From Peptococcia bacterium (GTDB lineage: Bacteria > Bacillota > Peptococcia > DRI-13 > DTU073): a stretch of DNA of 64,000 nucleotides. The stretch is taken from the NCBI GenBank assembly GCA_050951605.1, contig JBMNJJ010000002.1, positions 494,661 to 558,660 of the forward strand, read 5' to 3'. A program made the position numbers and the translations under genes. Numbering within the stretch: position 1 is the stretch's first letter; each line of letters starts with the position of its first letter. The notes beneath the pieces were generated by a model that ran no database searches, was not told the DNA's origin, and saw nothing but the letters and a program-made list of their open reading frames with translations. Of this stretch, positions 1-9,036 are shown piece after piece.

Positions 1-477
1 GCCAAGCCTTGTCCTCCCGATTTAAAACAAATATCTTTGAATGAAACTATTGAATCGATGAAGTTAATCATTGATACGAATACTTTTATTAGAGGTATTA
101 AGGTGTTCTTCGATTTAATTTCCGAGGATAAATTAGTTGTAGCCGATGCTAATCAGCTGAGACAAGTTATCTTAAATATAGTTAAAAATGCGATAGAGGC
201 TATAGTGGATAATGGCGGTTCGGAGATTAAAATTTCTACTAAATATCACCAACAAACTGAGGAGATGTCTGTAACCATTTTTAATAATGGAAAGGCGATG
301 ACTGCAGAAGAAAAATTAATGGTAGGTACTCCTTTTTTTACAACAAAGACCAAGGGGACGGGTTTAGGGTTAAGTATTTGTTTTCAGATTATTAAGGAAC
401 ATAGTGGGAGAATAGAAATTGAAAGTGAGGAAGAGTTGGGAACCAGTTTTATTATTTATCTTCCTTGTGCAACTTAA
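1..477 (+). CDS. sensor histidine kinase, C-terminal ATP-binding (HATPase_c) part; 5' end outside window
   Basis: Frame open from base 1. N-box-like QVILNIVKNAIEA and G-box TKGTGLGLSICFQIIKEHSGRIEIES. Confidence 0.85.
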   Translation, partial: AKPCPPDLKQISLNETIESMKLIIDTNTFIRGIKVFFDLISEDKLVVADANQLRQVILNIVKNAIEAIVDNGGSEIKISTKYHQQTEEMSVTIFNNGKAMTAEEKLMVGTPFFTTKTKGTGLGLSICFQIIKEHSGRIEIESEEELGTSFIIYLPCAT

Positions 478-588
478 TGGTAGAAGTTAATTTAAGAAAT
501 ATTTTTGCAGGATAAAAAGATAGTTTGTCCAAATATAAAACTAAAGTATTTTTTGCAAATGTAGAAAATGAGGAGGCCAAAAAAACAG

Positions 589-1044
589 ATGGAAGAAGAA
601 AGGGAAACAGTAAATATATATCTTGAGCTTTGTCATGCTGAGGCTAAAATGCCTTGTTATGCTAGGCGGGGAGATGCGGGAATGGATGTTTATGCAGTTG
701 AAGATACACTAGTAAAGCCCGGACAAACAGTAGTCGTTAGAACCGGTTTAAAAGTAGCGCTTCCTTTAGGTTATGAATTACAAATTCGTCCCAGAAGTGG
801 GTTGTCTTTACAAACCCCTTTAAGAGTGGCTAATAGCCCGGGAACAATTGATGCCGGATATAGGGACGAGTTGGGTATTATTATGCACAATACTTCTTTA
901 GAGAAGGGGTGCCAGATAAAAAAGGGAGAGAGGGTTGCCCAATTAGTTTTACAAAAGGTACCTCAAATACATTGGATAACTGTAAGCAGTGTACGGGAAA
1001 TAGGTAAAGATCGCGGTGGGGGCTTTGGTTCAACCGGTGAGTAA
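589..1044 (+). CDS. dut: dUTP diphosphatase
   Basis: Motifs RRGDAGMDVYA, RPRSGL, NSPGTIDAGYRDE, DRGGGFGSTG. AGGAGG at 571-576 favours ATG 589 over the track start 568. Confidence 0.9.
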   Translation: MEEERETVNIYLELCHAEAKMPCYARRGDAGMDVYAVEDTLVKPGQTVVVRTGLKVALPLGYELQIRPRSGLSLQTPLRVANSPGTIDAGYRDELGIIMHNTSLEKGCQIKKGERVAQLVLQKVPQIHWITVSSVREIGKDRGGGFGSTGE

Positions 1045-1073
1045 AATATGAATAATGGTAATAATTTTAAAAA

Positions 1074-1109
1074 ACTCAAGGCGTGAAAAAGGATGTCTTG
1101 AGTTTTTTG
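1074..1109 (+). terminator. rho-independent terminator after dut
   Basis: actcaag...cttgagt stem followed by a T-run. Confidence 0.55.
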
Positions 1110-1215
1110 CATGGCTTTGTTTGTTATGAATATTTATATTAGCATCTGGGAAATCTACGTTATAAATGGATTTTTTAGTAGTTGTTTATATGTAGGGCAA
1201 AGGAGGTATATCTGT

Positions 1216-1962
1216 TTGAGTAGATTACCCTTAGGGACAATTATTTTGGTTGTTTTGCTATTTTTGGTGTTTTTTGGTTTAGCTCAACGGTTACTTGATC
1301 GTATGCGACTTTCGGACAAAGGGGCTTTAATAGTTATAGGGGCTTTACTTGTGGGGAGTTTCCTCGATATTCCTCTTGCTAAAGGGAATATTCAAGCTTC
1401 TTTAAATATAGGAGGAGGCTTAGTTCCTGTAGGCTTAGCAGGTTATCTTCTCTTTCAGGCCGGGACTACTAAGGAATGGGTAAGGGCAATTGTTGCTACA
1501 GTAGTGACGGCAGGTGTTATTTATGTTTTAGGAAGTGTGGTTATGCAAGGTGACCCGAGAGATAGGATGATGCTGCTTGACCCGTTATATGTTTATCCGC
1601 TTGTTGGTGGTTTGACTGCGTACCTTCTGGGGCGTTCACGACGGGCTGCTTTCGTTGCTGCTACGTTAGGTGTTTTAAGCCAAGACTTTATTCATCTGTT
1701 TTGGTTACGTTCAACAGGAACACCCGGTACAGTGCATATAGGTGGTGCCGGTGCTTTTGATTCGATAGTTATTGCCGGCTTAGTGGCTGTTTTATTGGCG
1801 GAAATATTAGGAGAGACGCGGGAGCGTTTACAAGGTGGACCGGCAACAAGAGGACGTGACCCGGAACTTCTACGGCATTTAAATAGTGACCTTAAAATAG
1901 AGGGAAAGGCAGGAGAGGAAGAGAAAAAGGAGGGTGAGGGTGATGAAGAAGAATATTTTTAA
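1216..1962 (+). CDS. integral membrane protein (possibly DUF1614 family) with acidic/lysine-rich tail
   Basis: Multiple hydrophobic spans. AGGAGG at 1201-1206 then in-frame TTG at 1216. The upstream part of track ORF 1111 runs through the dut terminator. Confidence 0.6.
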   Translation: MSRLPLGTIILVVLLFLVFFGLAQRLLDRMRLSDKGALIVIGALLVGSFLDIPLAKGNIQASLNIGGGLVPVGLAGYLLFQAGTTKEWVRAIVATVVTAGVIYVLGSVVMQGDPRDRMMLLDPLYVYPLVGGLTAYLLGRSRRAAFVAATLGVLSQDFIHLFWLRSTGTPGTVHIGGAGAFDSIVIAGLVAVLLAEILGETRERLQGGPATRGRDPELLRHLNSDLKIEGKAGEEEKKEGEGDEEEYF

Positions 1963-3181
1963 TCGATTTGTCTTTGTTTTAGGGATAGTTTTTCTTTTGG
2001 TAGGTGGTTTTCTCTTTTATTATGAAAAGAACCCCCAAGTATATAATGCTTTTGCCCAGTCGGGAATAAATTTAAGTTTTTTAGATAGTTTAGGAAGCTG
2101 GGAAAAAGAAATGGATTGTGGTACTTATTTTTCTCTAGTTGATGAAACAGGTAAAGAATTAGACCAGATTAGTCGTTTTGTTTTTATCGGGGATGAATTT
2201 ATTCTTGAAGATAATAATCGTTATCAGGTAATCAAAATTGAGCAACAACAAAATAAGGCGATTGCTAAATTAGTAGGGAAAGAGGAATTAGTTTGGCGTG
2301 AAGAATGGACACAGGTGCCGGCGACGACAAGGGTAGCGGAAAACCAGGGGAAAGTCGGTGTCTATATGACTCATACCGATGAATCATATATTCCTACTGA
2401 TGGAACGGAAAGTAAGCCCGGGCGAGGAGGGATATTACAAGTCGGCAATACTTTTGCCAATAATTTAAAGGATAAAGGTGTAGAAGCCCATATTAGTTTT
2501 AATAAACATGACCCACATGATGCTAATGCTTATCATCGTTCGCGAAAAACAGCGGCACAAATTTTAAAAACTAATCCCATAGCTTTGGTTGATGTGCATC
2601 GTGATGGAATCCCGGACCCTAATTTTTATAAAACCCAGGTTAAAGGATTACCCGGAACCAAGATTAGGCTTGTTGTGGGGAGGCAGAATCCACATATGGC
2701 ATCCAATTTAGCTTTTGCTAAAAATATAAAAGCATATTTTGATAAAACTTCACCCGGTTTGGTTAAAGGTATTTTTTTGGGAAAAGGGAATTATAATCAA
2801 GATTTAGGACCTCGAGCTATTCTTATTGAGGTGGGGACACATACAAACAGTCGAACTGCGGCGGAACGTGGCGTCGCCCATTTCGCAGAAGGAATACCTC
2901 ATATTATTGGAGCAACAGTTGGTCCGGGAGTAGCACCGGGGGTAAAAAGGAGCGTAGAAAGAACAGGGACAGGAAAAGCTATTTTATGGCTTTTTGCTCT
3001 GGCGATTATAGGTGGTGGGGCGTTCCTTTTCCTTAGTACAGGTAGTTTACAGGGTTCCTTAACTAAGCTTTCTGAGTTAGGGAAAGAATTCTCTAATTAT
3101 TTAGGTCCGAAGAAAATTGAAGTAGAATCTGAGAAAAAGAGTGGAGAGTGTGAAGGAGAAAGACGGGAAGAGGAAAGTTGA
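1943..3181 (+). CDS. spoIIP: stage II sporulation protein P
   Basis: N-terminal TM segment plus VGVYMTHTDESY, VDVHRDG, ILIEVGTHTNS (SpoIIP amidase-like signature). ATG 1943 follows a GGAGGG RBS. Confidence 0.85.
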   Translation: MKKNIFNRFVFVLGIVFLLVGGFLFYYEKNPQVYNAFAQSGINLSFLDSLGSWEKEMDCGTYFSLVDETGKELDQISRFVFIGDEFILEDNNRYQVIKIEQQQNKAIAKLVGKEELVWREEWTQVPATTRVAENQGKVGVYMTHTDESYIPTDGTESKPGRGGILQVGNTFANNLKDKGVEAHISFNKHDPHDANAYHRSRKTAAQILKTNPIALVDVHRDGIPDPNFYKTQVKGLPGTKIRLVVGRQNPHMASNLAFAKNIKAYFDKTSPGLVKGIFLGKGNYNQDLGPRAILIEVGTHTNSRTAAERGVAHFAEGIPHIIGATVGPGVAPGVKRSVERTGTGKAILWLFALAIIGGGAFLFLSTGSLQGSLTKLSELGKEFSNYLGPKKIEVESEKKSGECEGERREEES

Positions 3182-3648
3182 AAATTATTTATAATTGTTT
3201 TGGAGGAGCTCATTCTTCCGTAACGGCAGCAGCTATTCATTTAGGGTTACTTACGGATATAAGTAAGGTTAGTGCAGAAGAATTACTTAATCTTCCCTAT
3301 TTTGATGCTCAAGAAGGGAAGGACCATGGTCGAATTCGTTTTATGGGTTTTGATAGTTGGGGTAATGAAGTTTATATTACCGGTAAAAAAAACTTAGGGA
3401 TGTTTTACGAAAGAATTATGCAACATTTACTTGTGTTAAGTGGAGAAAAACCGGAAAACTATATTTTTATTAATACAATGCCTTATGTGAATTTGTGGAT
3501 GGTTATCGGAGGTTATTTATCAAGACGTTTAAGGCTGAAATGTTTAGGTAGACCAATTGTTATTTTGGGGACAAGAAAGTCATATGGAAAATTTGTTCGT
3601 CTTGTGAAGTCAGTTAAAGATAAATATTTTAGTTCAGATAAATTTTGA
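3178..3648 (+). CDS. DUF3189-family protein, paralogue A
   Basis: N-terminus MKIIYNCFGGAHSSVTAAAIHLGLL is as I recall for Firmicute DUF3189. TTG start overlaps the spoIIP stop. Confidence 0.6.
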   Translation: MKIIYNCFGGAHSSVTAAAIHLGLLTDISKVSAEELLNLPYFDAQEGKDHGRIRFMGFDSWGNEVYITGKKNLGMFYERIMQHLLVLSGEKPENYIFINTMPYVNLWMVIGGYLSRRLRLKCLGRPIVILGTRKSYGKFVRLVKSVKDKYFSSDKF

Positions 3649-3657
3649 GAGGTTATT

Positions 3658-4065
3658 GTGAAAATTGTTTTTGTAGATCAAATGGGATGTTTTGCTTCTG
3701 TAGTTGCTGCAGCGGTTTGTAGAGGTGTTTTGTCTGAAAAAGCCAACTATCGTGATATTCTTAATTTGCCTTATTTTGCTGATGTAAAAAACTATCAACC
3801 GGGACAGCTTTACTATATGGGTAAAGACCAAATGGGAAATAGATTTTATACTTTAGGTGTGGGGCGTTATGGGAAGCTGTTTACTACAGTTATGTGGCCG
3901 GAGATGTTAAAAATAAGTCAAGTAAAAGAAAAAATAATTTTATATGATGTAAGTTCTTTTAATTCTGTTCTCCTTAATTTTCTGGAAGTTTTGAGTAAAG
4001 GAAAATTAAGAAAAATATCCAAATATGTTTGGGCATATTGGTTCACAAGGGTTAAAGGTAGTTAA
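3658..4065 (+). CDS. DUF3189-family protein, divergent paralogue B
   Basis: Alignable to paralogue A (LNLPYF, MG.D..GN..Y..G) but lacks the CFGGAHSS motif. GTG start after a GAGAGG RBS. Confidence 0.55.
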   Translation: MKIVFVDQMGCFASVVAAAVCRGVLSEKANYRDILNLPYFADVKNYQPGQLYYMGKDQMGNRFYTLGVGRYGKLFTTVMWPEMLKISQVKEKIILYDVSSFNSVLLNFLEVLSKGKLRKISKYVWAYWFTRVKGS

Positions 4066-4143
4066 AAACAGGAATTTTGTTGACGAAAAACCGTAGATAT
4101 TGGATAATTAATGCAGTGAATTTAGAAATGGCGGTGGAGGGGG

Positions 4144-5463
4144 ATGTGGGGAGCGGAAATTGTAGCTGTGGAAGCCGGGTCCTTGGCTGAAGGGTTGGGG
4201 CTAAAAGCCGGTGATCGTATTTTAAAAATTAATCATAAAGCTTTTACTGATTTAATTGAGTTTCAATGGGCTTGGGCTACGGAGAAAGTATTTTTAGAAA
4301 TTAAGAAAAGTAATGGTCAAAGAGAGTTATATGAAATAGAAAAAGATTATGATGAGCCTTTGGGGGTAGAGTTTAAAGAGGCTATATTTAATGGGACTAG
4401 ACGATGTCAGAATCAATGTATGTTTTGTTTTGTTGACCAGATGCCACGTCAAATGAGGCCAAGTCTATATCTTAAAGATGATGACTATCGTTTATCATTT
4501 TTACAAGGAAATTATATAACTTTGACGAATTTAAAAGAAGAGGACTTAGTAAGGATTAAACGAGAACATCTTTCCCCGTTGTATATTTCTGTTCATACTA
4601 CTAATCCTCAGCTTAGAAAGAAGATGATGAATAATTCTCGTGCAAGTGAACTTTTAGAAATAATGACGAGCTTGTCTCAAGCAGGAATTGAATTTCATAC
4701 TCAAGTTGTGGCTTGCCCCGGTGTTAATGATGGGGAAGTTTTAGAAAAGACTTATCAGGATTTGAGTAGGCTGGAGAGTGTTGTTTCTCTAGCTGTTGTA
4801 CCTGTTGGTCTTACTGCTTATCGTCATAATTTACCCAAACTTAGATTATATGAAAAAGAAGAGGCCTATCATTTAGTAAAATGGGTAGAAAAAAAACAAA
4901 GGTTAGAACTAAAGAAAAGGGGAAGTCGTTTTATCTGGGCTTCTGACGAATTTTATTTATTAGCAGATTTACCTTTACCAACAGCGGAAAGTTATGAAGA
5001 TTTTTCGCAATTAGAAAATGGTGTGGGCATGGTACGTCTTTTTTGGGAAAAGTGGCAGCATTTAAAACTTCCTGCAACAATAGAGCCGGCTCAAGAAATA
5101 ATTTTTGCAACAGGACTATTAGGGGAAAAGGTTTTAAAACCGGTAAAGGATAGATTAAATACGATTCGCGGGTTAAAAATTGCCATAAAAGCAATTCCTA
5201 ATAGCTTTTTTGGTGCTACAGTAACTGTGGCCGGACTTTTGACGGGGTCGTGTTTGTTGGCAGGTTTAAAAGGGATTAAAAAAGGAAGTGTGGTATTTGT
5301 TCCGGCAACTATGATGCAGTCGGGAGACGGTAAGTTTTTAGATGATTGGACACCTAGTGAGATTGCGGAAATTTTAGATATTCAGGTAATTACTGTTCCG
5401 TTGGAGCCTATAAAAATATTAGCTAAGATTATGGAACAGAAGGGAGGGTTAAAAAATGACTAA
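4144..5463 (+). CDS. PDZ / radical-SAM-like / DUF512 protein
   Basis: N-terminal PDZ-like GLGLKAGDRILKIN. Cys cluster RRCQNQCMFCFVDQMP. Sits in the conserved position directly upstream of der. Confidence 0.8.
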   Translation: MWGAEIVAVEAGSLAEGLGLKAGDRILKINHKAFTDLIEFQWAWATEKVFLEIKKSNGQRELYEIEKDYDEPLGVEFKEAIFNGTRRCQNQCMFCFVDQMPRQMRPSLYLKDDDYRLSFLQGNYITLTNLKEEDLVRIKREHLSPLYISVHTTNPQLRKKMMNNSRASELLEIMTSLSQAGIEFHTQVVACPGVNDGEVLEKTYQDLSRLESVVSLAVVPVGLTAYRHNLPKLRLYEKEEAYHLVKWVEKKQRLELKKRGSRFIWASDEFYLLADLPLPTAESYEDFSQLENGVGMVRLFWEKWQHLKLPATIEPAQEIIFATGLLGEKVLKPVKDRLNTIRGLKIAIKAIPNSFFGATVTVAGLLTGSCLLAGLKGIKKGSVVFVPATMMQSGDGKFLDDWTPSEIAEILDIQVITVPLEPIKILAKIMEQKGGLKND

Positions 5464-6775
5464 ACCTATTGTTGCTATTTTGGGTAGACCTAATGTTGGT
5501 AAGTCAACATTATTTAATAGGTTAACAGGTGGTCGGGTGGCTATTGTGGAAGATACCCCGGGTGTTACTCGCGATAGGTTGTATCGAGATACAGAATGGG
5601 GGGGAAGAACTTTTACACTTGTCGATACAGGCGGTTTGGATTTTACCGGCAAAGAAGAATCCTTAAGTGGTCAGATTAGACAACAGGCCCAAATTGCTTT
5701 AGAAGAAGCCGATGTATTGTTATTTGTTGTTGATGGTAGATCCGGTCTTACTTTTGAGGATGAAGTTATTGCTAATTTGTTAAGAAAAAGTCAAAAATCT
5801 GTTATACTAGCAGTAAACAAAGTGGAACAATTCAAAAATAATCTAGATTTTTATGAATTTTATAAACTGGGGCTAGGAGAACCTATTCCTATTTCAGCAT
5901 CTCATGGACTGAATACGGGTGATTTATTAGATTTACTTGTCAGTCAATTTAAAGATATACCGGAGGAGGAAGAAAAGCCTGATGTTATCAAAATTGCCGT
6001 AGTGGGAAGACCTAATGTTGGGAAATCTTCCTTAGTTAATGTGATTTTAGGTGAAGAAAGAGTAATTGTCAGTAACCTTCCTGGTACAACTCGCGATGCC
6101 ATAGATTCTCCTTTTCAAAAAGAAGGGCAGGATTATCTTTTAATAGATACGGCAGGGATGAGACGTAAAGGTAAAATTGAGGAAAAAACGGAAAGGTTTA
6201 GTGTGATTAGAGCCTTGCGAGCAATAGACCGTAGTGATGTTGTTTTAATCGTTTTGGATGCTCTTGAGGGTGTTACTGAACAGGATAAGCGTATTGCCGG
6301 TTATGTACATGAAGCCGGAAAAGGTGCTATAATTATTATTAATAAGTGGGATTTAGTAGAAAAAGATGATAAAATTACGTTAAGGTTTACGGAGGAAATT
6401 CGTACTCAGTTAGCTTTTATGCCGTATGCTCCACTATTGTTTGTTTCTGCTCTTACTAAACAGAGAGTTATGAAAATATTAGAACTAGTTAATTTTGTAG
6501 CTGAACAACAATGTAACCGTGTCAGAACAAGCGTTTTAAATGAAGTAATTAGTGAAGCAGTATTACTTACACCACCACCATCATATAAAGGGAAAAGATT
6601 AAAAATTTTTTACAGTACACAGGCTGGGGTAAAACCACCGCATTTTATCTTGTTTGTTAATGAGCCAACTTTATTGCATTTCTCATATTTACGTTATCTA
6701 GAAAATAAGTTGAGAGAAAATTTTGGTTTTGAGGGTGTTGCTATTCGTATTACAGTGAGAAAAAGAGAGGAGTAG
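5456..6775 (+). CDS. der: ribosome-biogenesis GTPase Der (EngA)
   Basis: Two tandem G domains (GRPNVGKST.., DTGG; GRPNVGKSS.., DTAG, NKWD) plus a KH-like C-terminus. Confidence 0.95.
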   Translation: MTKPIVAILGRPNVGKSTLFNRLTGGRVAIVEDTPGVTRDRLYRDTEWGGRTFTLVDTGGLDFTGKEESLSGQIRQQAQIALEEADVLLFVVDGRSGLTFEDEVIANLLRKSQKSVILAVNKVEQFKNNLDFYEFYKLGLGEPIPISASHGLNTGDLLDLLVSQFKDIPEEEEKPDVIKIAVVGRPNVGKSSLVNVILGEERVIVSNLPGTTRDAIDSPFQKEGQDYLLIDTAGMRRKGKIEEKTERFSVIRALRAIDRSDVVLIVLDALEGVTEQDKRIAGYVHEAGKGAIIIINKWDLVEKDDKITLRFTEEIRTQLAFMPYAPLLFVSALTKQRVMKILELVNFVAEQQCNRVRTSVLNEVISEAVLLTPPPSYKGKRLKIFYSTQAGVKPPHFILFVNEPTLLHFSYLRYLENKLRENFGFEGVAIRITVRKREE

Positions 6776-6780
6776 AGAGG

Positions 6781-7419
6781 TTGGTTTTGGGGAAAGTCTG
6801 TTTAATTTTTATTTTATCTTATTTGTTAGGTTCGGTATCTTTTGGGATAATTATAACAAAGATCAAAAAGGGTATTGATATTAGAAATTTTGGTAGTGGT
6901 AACACAGGCTTTACTAATGTGTTAAGAGTTGTAGGAAAAGGACCTGCAGCTATTGTTTTGCTAGGTGATGCTTTAAAGGGAAGTTTGGGCGTGGCACTAG
7001 GTTATTATTTGGGAGGTGCAAGTTACAGTTATGCAGTTCTTGGAGGGTTAGTTACAATGGTAGGGCATACATATCCTGTTTATTTTCGATTTAAAGGTGG
7101 AAAGGGGGTAGCCACTGGTTTAGGAGTTATTATAGCTCTGGCTCCTGATGTCACGTTAATTGCTCTTATTATTTTTATTATTACAGTGTATTTTAGTCAT
7201 TATGTTTCTTTAGGTTCTATTTTAGCGGCTTTAAGTGTTCCTTTCTTATTATATTTTTTAGAAAAGCCTTTTCCCGTTTTTTTATTTGGAGTTTTAGGAG
7301 CTACTTTTGTAATTTATAATCATAAGACAAATATTGTCAGGCTTTATCATGGACAAGAAAATAAAATAGGAAAAAAACGGGAAGGGGAAAATATGGATAA
7401 AAGGGGAGAAAATCAATGA
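6781..7419 (+). CDS. plsY: glycerol-3-phosphate acyltransferase PlsY
   Basis: YLLGSVSFG, FGSGNTGFTNVLR, HTYPVYFRFKGGKGVAT. The exact start is uncertain. Confidence 0.9.
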   Translation: MVLGKVCLIFILSYLLGSVSFGIIITKIKKGIDIRNFGSGNTGFTNVLRVVGKGPAAIVLLGDALKGSLGVALGYYLGGASYSYAVLGGLVTMVGHTYPVYFRFKGGKGVATGLGVIIALAPDVTLIALIIFIITVYFSHYVSLGSILAALSVPFLLYFLEKPFPVFLFGVLGATFVIYNHKTNIVRLYHGQENKIGKKREGENMDKRGENQ

Positions 7420-8774
7420 AGAAGATTGCAGTATTAGGTGCGGGTAGTTGGGGGACTGCTTTATCCTTAGTCTTAGTTAGAAAAGGGTATCAGGTTCATC
7501 TTTGGGGAAGAAATCAAGAAAAGGTTGTTCAAATAAATTTACTTAAAGAAAACTTACCCTATTTACCTGGGGTTTTATTACCTGAAAATTTGCAAGTAAC
7601 AGCGAATTTAGAAGAAGCTCTTGCTGATAAAAAATATATTGTCTTAGCGGTGCCTTCAAGAAGGATTAGGGGATTATGTAAAAGTATTATAGATAAAATT
7701 AGTAAAGATAAAATCATAATTAATGCAGCTAAAGGAATTGAGCTGGAGACATTAAAAAGGATGAGTGATGTTATTGAGGAAGAATTAGCTCCAGTAGGTC
7801 CTGCCGTTGCTATTATTTCAGGACCGAGTCATGCTGAAGAGGTAGGTAGGGGAATCCCCACGGCACTTGTTATTGGTTCAAAAAATAGTAAAGTAGCAAA
7901 AGAAGTGCAAGACCTTTTTATGTCCCCTAATTTTAGAGTGTATACTAATTCTGATTTAATTGGGATGGAATATGGGGCAGCTTTAAAAAATGTTATTGCT
8001 TTGGGTGTGGGTATCGCTACCGGGGTTGGTCTTGGTGATAATGCTAAAGCAGCTTTAATTACCAGAGGTTTAACGGAAATAGCTCGTTTGGGTGTTGCTG
8101 CCGGAGCTAACCCTCTAACTTTTGCAGGACTTACCGGTATTGGTGACTTAGTTGTAACGTGTGCTAGTGAGTATAGCAGGAATAGGCGAGCAGGGATACA
8201 AATTGGGAAAGGGATTCCTTTAAAACATGTTTTGCAGCAAATTAATATGGCTGTAGAGGGTGTACCTGCTACACAAGCTGCATGTCAGCTCGCCGGGAAA
8301 TATAAGGTTCCTATGCCTATTTGTGAAGAAATATATGCTGTACTTTTTAGAAATAAAGATGTGCATGAGGCTAGTAATGCTTTAATGATGCGTGATAGAA
8401 AAGATGAAGTAGAGGGAATTATGTCTCAAAGGCAGGTTGAAGATAGTAATAAGGATACTACTAAAAAGAGTAGTGCTAAGAGCGGCAAAAGCAGTAAGAG
8501 TAGCACGAGCAGTACAAAGGATAATAAAAAGAGTAGTGCTAAGAGCAGTAAGAGCGCTACTAAAAAGAGTAGTGCTAAGAGTGATAAAGGCAGTAAGAGT
8601 AGCACGAGCAGTACAAAGGATAATAAAAAGAGTAGTGCTAAGAGCAGTAAGAGCGCTACTAAAAAAAGTAGTGCTAAGAGTGATAAAAGCAGTAAGAGTA
8701 GCACGAGCAGTATAAAGGATACTACTAAAAAGAGTAGTGCTAAGAGTAGTAGCAAAAGCAAGAAAACTAAATAA
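7416..8774 (+). CDS. gpsA: NAD(P)H-dependent glycerol-3-phosphate dehydrogenase with ~115-aa Ser/Lys-rich repeat tail
   Basis: GAGSWGTAL Rossmann motif and full GpsA core to ..ALMMRDRKDE. The ORF then continues in frame through the S/K repeat to TAA at 8772-8774. Confidence 0.9.
   Translation: MKKIAVLGAGSWGTALSLVLVRKGYQVHLWGRNQEKVVQINLLKENLPYLPGVLLPENLQVTANLEEALADKKYIVLAVPSRRIRGLCKSIIDKISKDKIIINAAKGIELETLKRMSDVIEEELAPVGPAVAIISGPSHAEEVGRGIPTALVIGSKNSKVAKEVQDLFMSPNFRVYTNSDLIGMEYGAALKNVIALGVGIATGVGLGDNAKAALITRGLTEIARLGVAAGANPLTFAGLTGIGDLVVTCASEYSRNRRAGIQIGKGIPLKHVLQQINMAVEGVPATQAACQLAGKYKVPMPICEEIYAVLFRNKDVHEASNALMMRDRKDEVEGIMSQRQVEDSNKDTTKKSSAKSGKSSKSSTSSTKDNKKSSAKSSKSATKKSSAKSDKGSKSSTSSTKDNKKSSAKSSKSATKKSSAKSDKSSKSSTSSIKDTTKKSSAKSSSKSKKTK
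8455..8760. repeat. 99-bp (33-codon) tandem repeat, about 3 copies, with a 33/66-bp sub-period
   Basis: ctaaaaagagtagtgctaaga recurs at 8461, 8560 and 8659 (period 99) and again at 8725. Copies differ by only a few substitutions. Confidence 0.85.
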
Positions 8775-8807
8775 AAATAGGCGATTAGTAATATTCAGAG
8801 TTGCAAA

Positions 8808-8850
8808 ATGCTTAATTTGTGTTTTTAACATAAATTAAGCATTTTTTTTC
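8808..8850 (+). terminator. rho-independent terminator after gpsA
   Basis: 11-bp stem atgcttaattt / aaattaagcat followed by T8. Confidence 0.7.
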
Positions 8851-9036
8851 TTCTTAGTAATAAATAATTATAAAGGACAATATATATGTATTGTTCATAA
8901 ATTTTGAAGTTTGTACAGACTCGATAAGAGTTTCTATTAAGTTTTGTTTTGTTAAATGTTGCTAAGGGGGGATGACTAAGATTGATATTTAGGGCAAAAT
9001 TTTAAATAGAAGAAGTAATTTTAAGGAGGGGATAGT

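Noticed and set aside
1111-1215. Long N-terminal extensions suggested by the track for several ORFs (starts at 1111, 19795, 20494, 37570, 49923, 31645, 12472).
   Set aside because: The upstream in-frame parts lack an RBS and run through terminators or the preceding gene. Internal starts with good Shine-Dalgarno spacing give N-termini that match the families.
8455-8760. Could the regular repeat be a CRISPR array or a minisatellite outside genes?
   Set aside because: The units are directly adjacent with no unique spacers. The period is a multiple of 3 and the repeat is in frame with gpsA. There are no cas genes nearby.
8382-8831. Three long extra ORFs over the gpsA repeat: 8382..8831(-), 8426..8761(-) and 8437..8715(+).
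   Set aside because: They are alternative-frame or antisense readings of the 99-bp repeat. Their translations are monotonous (L-rich or RV-rich), and the in-frame continuation of gpsA explains the region.
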